The translations under genes and the position numbers were made by a program. A stretch of DNA of 64,000 nucleotides from the human T2T-CHM13v2.0 reference genome, Homo sapiens. Location: assembly GCF_009914755.1 (NCBI RefSeq), contig NC_060925.1; one strand, given 5' to 3'. Shown here one piece after another: positions 54,590 to 64,000 of the stretch. Numbering within the stretch: position 1 is the stretch's first letter; every line of letters starts with the position of its first letter. The notes under the pieces were generated by a model that was not told where the DNA came from, made no database searches, and saw only the letters and a program-made list of their open reading frames with translations.

Positions 54590-55297
54590 AGACTTTATTT
54601 TTTAAAGCAGTTTTAGGCTCACAGTAAAATTGAGCTGAAGGTACAGGTTTCCATATACCCTTTTCCCTCACACATGCACAGCCTCCCCATTATCAACATT
54701 CCCACCAGGGTGGACTGAGCATGACACATCATTATCACCCAGACTCCAGAGTTGCCACTAGGGTACACTTGGTGTTGTACATTCTGTGGGTTTGGACAAA
54801 TGTATAATGAGTATCCACCCTCACAGTATCATACAGGGTGGTTTCCCTGCCCTAAAATCCTCTGTGCTCTGTCTAGTCATCTCTCTCCCGACAAATCCTG
54901 GCAACCACTGATCTTTTTACTGTCTCTATAGTTTTGCTGTTTCTGGAATTTCATATAGTTGAAGTCATACAGTATATAGCCTTTTCAGATTGTCTTCTTT
55001 CACTTGGTAATCTGCATTTAAGATTCCTCCATGGTTTTTCATGGCTTGATGGCTCATTTCTTTTTAGCACTAAAAAATATTCCATTGTCTCCATTTATCT
55101 GTTTATCCATTCACCTACTGAAGAACACGTTGGTTGCTTCCAAGTTTTGGCAATTACGAATAAACCTTCTATAAATATCTGTGTGCATGTTTTTATGTGG
55201 ACTTAATTTTTCAACTTTGGGTAAATATCAAGGAATGCAATTGCTGTGTTGTATAATAAGATATAATAAGAGTATGTTTAGTCTTGTAAGAAACCAC
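54590..55297 (-). mobile_element. L1MC-like 3' end fragment
   Basis: Begins GACTTTATTTTTTAAAGCAGTTTTAGG, typical of an old L1M 3' end. Confidence 0.7.
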
Positions 55298-55299
55298 TA

Positions 55300-56929
55300 A
55301 TTGGTTTTTAATACAATGATTTGGTCAATAAATGTTTATGAGCAAACGAAAGGTATCTAATAAGTACTGCATTGAACAGTTTTAAGAATAAGGAGAAAAT
55401 CTATGACTCTGAAGACTTTCATATCTTGTCCATAGATTTCTTAAAAAGGTATACTTTAGAAATACATCATATAAAGAATTGTTCAGACTTGTTTAGTGAT
55501 GCCTCAATTTCAGAACTTTTGTAAAGAAATCACAAGTAAAAGCAAACACCTCAATGCAATTAAATGCTAATTTTAAAAAATGTATCCTTTAAACAGTGGT
55601 TTCCAAACTTTAGCATGCATTAGAATTTCCTGGGGGAAGCTTGTGAAAAATACGGATTTTAGGCCTCACCCCCAGCATTTCTGACAGGTTCCTGGGTGAT
55701 TCTGATGCTGTTGGTCTTGACACAACACTTAGAGAACCACTGCTTTAATATCTAATCTCTGGCATTTAAACTAATAAGCAATGTCCATATGCCTTTGCAT
55801 TTTCTAATAGTAAATAAACAAAAGAACAGTTCTGATATGCCTTCAACAAACTTTAAATCTTCAGACTCTTGAAATGTTTTACTTAAGTGGAATAGAACCT
55901 ATAACTTATTCATCTTGGCTCACAGTGATTCCCATGAGTTCAAAAGACAGAGCCACAGGCCAGTCTAATACTAGATAATCTATGACTTCATGAAAGCATT
56001 TGTTCACAAAATACATAACTATTAGGGTACAGGGACCTTGCTTTTATCTTCTCCATGCATCTTCTCTACAGAAAATTCAATAAGAAATTATGAAGATTTT
56101 TATACTCATAATGATAACTCAACTTATCATGAATGTACACATAAATATCACAGTGAATCATCATACTCAAGACTCAGATTCAGGAACTTCATCATCAGGG
56201 CAACAGTAATATTCCACAAAAGATATTTGCCCCCCTTCATTCTAAAAATATACCATAATGAAAGAAATCCTGTTATTTGTGTGAATAAAATACCTTACAA
56301 GATAGGACTAACGTTTTTGTAAAGGGGATTAGCAAAGAAATAAAATCTGTTGACCTGGGTCTGATTACAATGAAATGCTTGCACCACATAAAAATCTTTG
56401 GAAGTCAAATTGCAAACTTTCTAAATTTTCAAAAGTAGATAACCTGAAATAATGCTTGTCAGGAGACATGATAATCTGTAGGACCTCAGTCGTCACATCC
56501 AATCTGGGAAATGCTTCAGAGCCCCTCTGACTGCAGAATAATTTTATTAATAACATTGGTGCTGCAGAAGTCAAAATCCAGAGGCTCCTCAGGCTCTTGA
56601 GTATTGATTTTGCAGTCTGTCACCATTCGTCTTTCTTCCAAAAATAGCATCCAAGGGTCACCATAACCTTGGTAACACATTCAAAGTGCAGTTAAAATCC
56701 CTGGCATAGGACTTGATCCAAAAATAAAAGGACAATTAAGTTAACTTTAAAAAAAGTCTAAAAGGACAATTAAGTTAACTTTAAAAGTAACAGACTCTTC
56801 CTGACACGTAAACTCTTAAAATACTCCAGCCTTTGCAGTGTGGCCCAGATGCTAGAAAGCCCTTCCCAGCCAAGTCCCTGGGGAAGTAAGCTCCAGCTCC
56901 CTGAAAACAGGAGGCAGTGAAGCACTCTT
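55300..56929 (-). pseudogene. RAD1P2: RAD1 (9-1-1 clamp subunit) processed pseudogene; coding-derived part 56167-56830, 3'UTR-derived part below it
   Basis: Intronless minus-strand translation AGVF*EFTCQEESVTF...IFGSSPMPG...CKINTQEPEEPLDFDFCSTNVINKIILQSEGL...VLQIIMSPDKHYFRLSTF...VEYYCCPDDEVPESES* matches RAD1, with stops and frameshifts. Outer boundaries are approximate and the symbol is from recall. Confidence 0.9.
55593..55743. mobile_element. MER5A-like hAT MITE
   Basis: CAGTGGTTTCCAAAC ... GAGAACCACTG termini. Confidence 0.75.
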
Positions 56930-57340
56930 AATTTTTGTTTTCAATTTCATTGATTTCAGCTCTAATTTTTTAAAACTGTATTTTCTTATGCTTACTTTGC
57001 AGTTAATTTACTCTTATTCTTCTAGTTTCCTAATGTGGGAGCTTAGATGATTGATTTTTAGGTCTTTCTTTTTTTCTAGCCACATGCTTTTAAAATTACA
57101 AAACACCAAGGAGAGAGAAGATCCTAAAAGCTTCCTGAGAAAGAATAGATCATATCTGAGGATTAGGAATAAGAATAGAATTGGCATTCTTGACAACAAC
57201 ACTAGAAGCTAGAAGAGAGTGGAGCAATTCCTTTAACATTTGAGGAAAACAATTTTCAGCCTCGTCTTCTATACCTAGCTGATAATTATAATAATCACAT
57301 GTACATGTAAGGAAGGAACAAAATTATTCAGGAATCTCCA

Positions 57341-57840
57341 TGTCTCAGTTTGTTTGGGCCTCTATAACAAAAATACTATAGACTAAGTGACTTATAAACA
57401 ACAATTTATATACACATTTATTTCTCACAATTCTGGAGGCTGGGAAGTCCAAGATCAAGGTACCAGCATATTCAGTACCTGGTGAAGACTTGCTTCCTGG
57501 TTCAAAGACAGCCATCTTTTTTCTTTTCTTTCTCTCTTTCTTTTTTTTAAAGGCAAGGTCTTGCCATGTTGCCAAAGCTGGACCCTAAGTCCTGGACAGC
57601 AGGTGTGCACCACCACACCTAGCAAGATGATGGCTTTTTGCTGTGTCCTCACATGGCAGAAGAGATGAAAGTGCTCCCTGGGCACTATCCCACGTAGTAT
57701 AAGAGCACTAATCCTATTCACGAAGCCCATACCCTCAAGATCTAATCGCCTCCCCAAAGCCCCACCTCCTAATATCATCACATTAGGGGTTAGGATTTTA
57801 ACATATGAATTTTGGGGGTAACACAAACATTCAGTCCACA
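57341..57840 (-). mobile_element. MaLR LTR (MLT1A/MST-like) with a small Alu fragment
   Basis: CTCACAATTCTGGAGGCTGGGAAGTCCAAGATCAAGG and AACATTCAGTCCA motifs. Confidence 0.75.
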
Positions 57841-58574
57841 AGGATGATGTCACCCCAGGATAATGGTGACCAGAAGCCCTTGAACCTTGACTTGTACACA
57901 GCTAGACTGAAACTTGTTCAAAACAGGGGGACGGAAAGCTCAAAAAAGAATATTTCCTAAGGAAGAAGTGTGTGAGATATATGTGTAAGTTTTGCAGGTA
58001 GTGGGTGGTTGCAGAGAAATTACCTGAATTTATTTTGAGAGAAATTTTACTGTTTTGGATCTTTTAAAAGAATTAGCAATAAGCACGTCAAAATGGAACA
58101 AATTATTAAAGATATGTCACTGACTTCAGAAAAAAATAAAGATGCATAAAGAAGGAATCTAAACATACTACATGGCTTAACTATTAGTTTTATTTAGATA
58201 GTTATGGTAATGTAAAACACCAAACAGTGATTTAATCAACAATTGTGAAATGACCATATTGGGAAAGTGGAAAGAGAGATGATGTACATGTATTTGTAAG
58301 ATGTAGGGTTCCAACAATGTAAGAAAAGAGGTGTAAGAAAAGTAAATTTGTATCTTCTATTGCAGCAAATCAATAGATAATGGAGTGGCTAAAATTGAAA
58401 ACTAGGAATGTAGCAATATTATGAAAGGTTAAAAAATGTTGCCTTGAGTGAGTGGGAATTGGGAGTGGTAAGGTATGAGGCAGGGGACTACTCTTTATTA
58501 TCATCCTTGTAATATTATTGAATTTCAATCAATAGTAATATATTAACTGAATGAAAATAAATTTAAAACATAAA

Positions 58575-58740
58575 TAGCTCTACTAAATGCTCATTGAAGT
58601 ATCTTCCTATTCTAAGGATTTATATTCTATACCATTTAGCTCTACTAAATTTTAGCTCTACTAAATACTCACCCAAGTATCTTCCTATTCTAAGGATCTA
58701 TATTCTATACTATCCTAAGGATCTACATTCTACACCATTA
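58575..58740 (+). repeat. Nested short tandem duplications
   Basis: TAGCTCTACTAAAT x3 and CTAAGGAT.TA.ATTCTA x3. Confidence 0.85.
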
Positions 58741-59524
58741 ATCCAAATATGACCTATGATAAAATATAATAATATTTCAGAAATAGAATTCTTTACTTCC
58801 AGCTAAGTGAATTTGGAAAGGTCCAATTAGAGAAAAACAATAGCACTTGGACTAGTCCTATTGGAAGGAATAAGAGTTTTAACATGTGGAAATACAAAAA
58901 GTGGAATTCTAGGCCAATGGAATTGAATAGTCAATATTTATGGACCACCTATATATAACCAATTATTGATGCATTCTCTAGAGTCCCTAATTGCCTCTGG
59001 CACACAGAGCTAACCTTTACCACTCAGCCAGTAAGCCAATAAGTGAGAGATCTTTTTCACAGGCTATCTCATGTAACCCTACCACTCTATGTGGTAAATA
59101 TATTAATTGAAACCCATAAGTGAGGGAACAGAGTTTAAAGAAGTTAAGTCATTTGCTCAAGGGTACCCTGCTAGTATGTGGTAGAGTCAGAATTTAAATC
59201 TGGTTATTTTCTAAAATTCCAATTCTCTTTCCATCACTCTGCCCTGCTTTTTGGCATATTTGTACATAATTTATATATTCTATATAATGTGATCAAATGA
59301 AAAAACCCTGGAGAGGCAGGGCCTTCCCTCCTCCAAGCCCACTTATTTCTGGTTCTCGCTCACCACATCCTTCCCTTCTCCTTTCACACAGCTCAAAACA
59401 CAGCTAGACTTCCTACTGGAGAGAAAGCAACAATCTTGAACTGTTCAAGATTCCTACTGCAAACAACATAAGCTTCCCTTGATAGTTTAAGGAGACAGAA
59501 ACTTTATTAAAAATATTAAACCCA

Positions 59525-59811
59525 GGCCAGGCACGGTGGCTCATGCCTGTAATTCTAGCACTTTGGGAGGCCAAGGCGGGGGAATCGCTTGAAGCCAGGA
59601 GTTCAAGTCCAGCCTGAGCAAAAAACGGCGACCTTATCTCTCCAAAGAATTTTAAAAATTAGCAGGGCTTGGTGACACATGCCTGTAGTCCCAATTACTT
59701 GGGAGGTTGAGGCAGGAGGATCACTTGATTGTCTAGGAGTTTGAGGCTGCAGTGAGTGGTGATCAAACCACTGCACTCCAGCCTGAGTGACAGAGCAAAA
59801 CCCTGTCTGAA

Positions 59812-59862
<51 letters not shown>

Positions 59863-59876
59863 GACACACACACACA
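59525..59876 (+). mobile_element. Alu (AluJ-like) whose tail is a (CA)n microsatellite
   Basis: Alu dimer followed by ~30 CA units. Confidence 0.9.
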
Positions 59877-62617
59877 TCCCTCAGAGATCACTGGAGAGTC
59901 TGAAGGACTGAAGGAACAAGGTCAAGACTAAACTCACAGAAAAAACAAAAATGTGTTTCCCACACCTTCTCCCTCCACCCACATACACACACACCAAACC
60001 AGGCAACAAAACTATTCTGGATAAGTTCACTGTTTCTGCTCCCTAAACATATAATGCCAAGACCTGACTACACTGCAATTGCTAAATCTACAGAACAAAT
60101 GCCACTTCCGTATGTACTTCGCAATTGCTGCTATTGCCTAAAACCCAGATGTCTGAAGCCAGCCGCATCAGCAAGATGGAAACTCCATGGAGAGCCAGGT
60201 TCTCATGTTGATGACTTCTAAATCAAGCCTCCCTTGGAAGCATCTGACAGGGCAAGCCTAGGTCACCTGTGTCCATCTGGGCTGCAAGAAAAAAAAAATG
60301 AGAATCTGACTCCTGTCTTCTGAGTTGGGGACGTGAGAATTATTACATGTGAATTATTTAAAAGGTTCTGGGAAGGCACAAATGTGACACATGGCCACTA
60401 AAAACTCATTCAAGAGAGATAAGGATTCCAGAATTATTCCCAGATTTCTGGCTCAGGAAAGTAGGTGAATGATAGTGTCATTACAGAGACAGGGAGTACC
60501 CAAGGAGGAGTAGGTCAAAGTAAGTGAGGAAAATGTGGGTTTAGCGGTGGAGGTGTTGCGTTTGAGGTGCCCAAGAGATATGTAAATGGAGATGTTTAAT
60601 TGAATATATAAGCCTGGAGCTTAGACGAAAGGTCAGAACTCCAGACAGTAACGTGGGCAGCATCCAAATACAGATGGCAGCTGATGCTGCAGAACAGGAT
60701 GAGACTGTCAGGAGAGGCCATCATGAAGGAGAAGGGGGCAGGCCTCCAAGCCACGTAGAGCTCAGACAGCAAGTGGTTGGGCTAAAGAGGAAGAGTCAAC
60801 AAGGAAGACTTACAAAGAAAGGTCAGAGCAGTAGAGAAAAGAAGCCAGACCTGGTGGAGTGCTGGAAGGCAAGGCAAAGAGTATTTCAAGGAAGATGGCA
60901 CTCAGTGATGTAGTGTGTACTTGAGTATCGCTAAGAGAGTAGATCTTAAATGTTCTAACACACACACACTATGTGAGGTGGCAGACATGTTTATTAACTT
61001 TATCATTTCATAATGTACACAAATATCAAAACATCACGTTGTATACTGTAAATATACAATTTTTATTTGTTGATTATACCTCAATAAAGCTGGTGGTGGA
61101 GTGTGAGGGGAAAGAAGGATAGGGCTCAGATCTAGCAAATCCTGTTTCAGATCTAGGAAACATCCAACAGATAATTATTTGCTTCCACCAGATTTTACCC
61201 ATCATTCTATGATGTTTAATTTGGTTTGCTCTACTTATATTTGATATCAATGTACTGAAACAGGGAGCAGGTAAAAAGGCAACAAGGGTGAGGCAAAAAT
61301 ATTAATAAAAGCCAGAGAACAGATCCTAAAGCTCTTCCAGCTTCTGAACCACCTATCTTTGTCCTCGTTGTCAGTGTCTCTCCTCTTTCCACCTCATAAA
61401 CATGGATGCTTTGTTTGTGACATGAGGCTGCCTCTGTTTTCCTGTTGGCCAGCTCATCAGAGCGCTCTGGGGCCAGGCCCTTCCTGGCCTCCCTCTGCCC
61501 ACATACACTAGGCTCCAGGTGAATCTGCACATACCTCGCCCTCTACTTCTCCTCCCCCATCTGGCTAATTCTTACTCACCCCCAGGTCCTTCTTTATATC
61601 TCACTTTCTCCAAAATTGTTTTCAAATCCTGCAAGCCCAAGTCTGAGCTAAGTGCTCCTGTTGTTTATTTTCCCATCATCTCCAGGACTTTCCATCACAG
61701 CAATAAAGTGGAAAGAAGTAAACTCACAGGCTTGGGCACTACACCCGTGCAAGTTAAAATCCCTGCTCCACCAACCTGTGTGGCCTTGAGTAAGTCTCTT
61801 AGTCTATTGAAGGCTGTCAGTCCCTAATCCTAGAAGGTGTTGTGAAAATTAAGAGTTTACATGTTTAAAACACTAAGCAAAGTAACTGAAAGAAAGAACT
61901 CAGTAAACTCTATCCATTATTATTATGACTATCAATATATTGTTTTATGAGGGCTAATGTCTTGTCTGCCTTTTTCAGTGAAGTGTAAACTCCTTAGGGG
62001 CAGAAACTGAATCTGTATAAAATAATTGCAAACTCAAATCACCAAGACTCACCACCTTAAAACTCCAAGTGTACATTTGAAACTTTGTGCTACACATTTT
62101 TATTTAAATACATAATGAAAAATTCAACCTCTACATATCCTAAATCATTGATTGTCTTAGGACTCTAAGTACTTTCTCATTCTTACTTCCCTTTTACTGT
62201 TAATGGAACCACAACTCTCCCACTGACCTAGGCTCCCAACCCAACAGTCTCTACTTCTTCGCTTTTCCTTGACTCCTACACTACTCAATGTCCTTTATAT
62301 TGACAATACTAGTGATAGGGCTGAGTCAGGGTGATGGTAAGGATGATGGCAGTCAGGTGAGGTTGTGATAAAAAAAAAAAAATGATCACCATGGCTGAGA
62401 CTAAGTTAACCTTTAAGTGTCAGTGGAAGGAACCATACTTGTGCTGAACTGTGGAAGTATACCTGAAGACAAGGATGGGGGGATCAGGAGGACGATTCTG
62501 GTATTTATAGCCCACCATTTATATTAATCAATTATTAATAAATTCTTAATAACCTATGATGCCATCTGTGTGTTATAAAAAGCAATGCCAGGCTTTTTCT
62601 TTATTCTGGATAAAGTC

Positions 62618-62913
62618 TTTTTTTTTTTTTTTTGAGATGGAGTCTTGCTCTGTCACCCGGGCTGGAGTGCAGTGGCGTGATCTCGGCTCACTGCAACCTC
62701 TGCCTCCTGGGTTCAAGCGATTCTCATGCTTCAGCCTCTGGAGTACCTTGGATTACAAGTGCCCACCACCACGCCCAGCTAATTTTTGTATTTTTAGTAG
62801 AGACGGGGTTTCACCACGTTGGCCAGGCTAGTCTTGAGCTCCTGACCTCAAGTGATCCGCCTATCTTGGCCCCCCAAAGTGCTGGAATTAGTTGTGAGCC
62901 ACCGTGCCCAGCC
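62618..62913 (-). mobile_element. Alu (AluS-like)
   Basis: Alu dimer with poly-T. Confidence 0.92.
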
Positions 62914-63599
62914 AAGTCTACTTTTTTTAAATGTAATAGTGATAAGTGGCAGAGTTTGGTAGATTTCTGCATTGCCAGAGTGATCCTTTGATCCCTAAGT
63001 TTTTTTGCATAATTAAAAATTTTTCAGTTTATTCTTGCTTCTTTCCTGTTTCTCATTTAACAAAGTAGATGAAGGGAAATTACAAAATAGTGGAAAGATT
63101 TAATATAACTGGTGATAAGTTGAGTCTCTAGGTGGAACATCGGGTGGACAGAAAAAGAGGAAGAGGCATAGATGAGGCACAGGATGCTTTTGATGTTATC
63201 AGGCCTGCTTGAGGTCTGGGGGTGACTGAACTGCCTCTGGAAAATGGCTTTGAGGTATGTGACTGTGAGATGTGAGACACAGAAGTTATGTCTCTGACAC
63301 TTGGATCCTACATCTTCCTGAACATGTGGCCAAGAAGTTTTTTCAATAAAAGAACATGCCTTAGAACCATGAGAGGAAGGAATGCCAGGATTCAGGAGCT
63401 GCATGAGTCAGCTGGGCCCGATGTTTGCTGCTTCATAATGCCAAGGGCATGACTTACAGCTTCAGTCTGGTTTTCCCCAATTCAATATCAAAACATATGC
63501 CTCCATGGAGGCAAATGATGTTCCTCCACCAAGAACCAGCTTCAATGAAACTGCAGTGTCTAAGTAACTGCAGCTTTTTCTTTCTATGTATTGATGTCT

Positions 63600-64000
63600 G
63601 ACATGATTTAAATATTTGTCTCCTTCAAAACTCGTGTTGAAATTTAATCCCTGATGTGGTAATATTGACAGGTGGGGTCTTTAAGAGGTGATGAGTCGTG
63701 AGGGTTCTGCTCTCATGAATGGATTAATGGCTTAATGGACTAATAGCTTATGATGGGGTGGGGCTTGTGGCTTTAAAAGAAGAGGAAGAGAGACCTGAGC
63801 TAGCTCACTAAGCTGCCTCTCCATGTGATGCTCTCTGCTGCCTGGGGACTCTGCAGAGTCCCCACAAGCAAGAAGGCCCTCACCAGATGGGCTCCTCAAC
63901 CTTGAACTTCTCGGCCTCGAGAACTGTAAAAAATACATTTTGTTTCTTTATAAATTACCCAGTTTCAGGTATTCTGTTATAAGCAACACAAAATGGACTG
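63600..64000 (+). mobile_element. MaLR LTR (MST-like), runs to the window end
   Basis: CTCATGAATGGATTAAT and CTTTATAAATTACCCAGTTTCAGGTATTCTGTTATAAGC motifs. Confidence 0.8.

Noticed and set aside
58575-58740. Repeat-spacer-like pattern resembling a CRISPR array
   Set aside because: Eukaryotic DNA; the intervening sequences are themselves repeated, spacing is irregular and there are no cas genes.

Overview
Primate, almost certainly human, genomic DNA from the PYHIN/HIN-200 (AIM2-like receptor) cluster at chr1q23. The + strand carries the 3' half of IFI16: three 168-nt S/T/P-rich hinge exons, two HIN-B exons and the terminal exon. The - strand carries the complete AIM2 gene (non-coding exon 1 plus 5 coding exons, 343 aa), tail-to-tail with IFI16. 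Upstream of AIM2 are a MER41-family LTR with two GAS sites and a kB site, and a RAD1 processed pseudogene. The rest is L1, Alu, ERV/MaLR, MIR/L2 and DNA-transposon sequence. I see no wholly new gene system. The least-explained structure is in the IFI16 hinge introns: (i) an ancient degenerate tandem array containing a dead 56-codon fourth hinge exon (14736-14903); (ii) a 4.1-kb tandem duplication with a near-identical core and ~10%-diverged ends; (iii) a ~95%-identical, ~200-bp inverted repeat 60 bp from the duplication end. Gene and repeat names come from recognition or recall, not database searches. Alignments and mismatch counts were done by eye.
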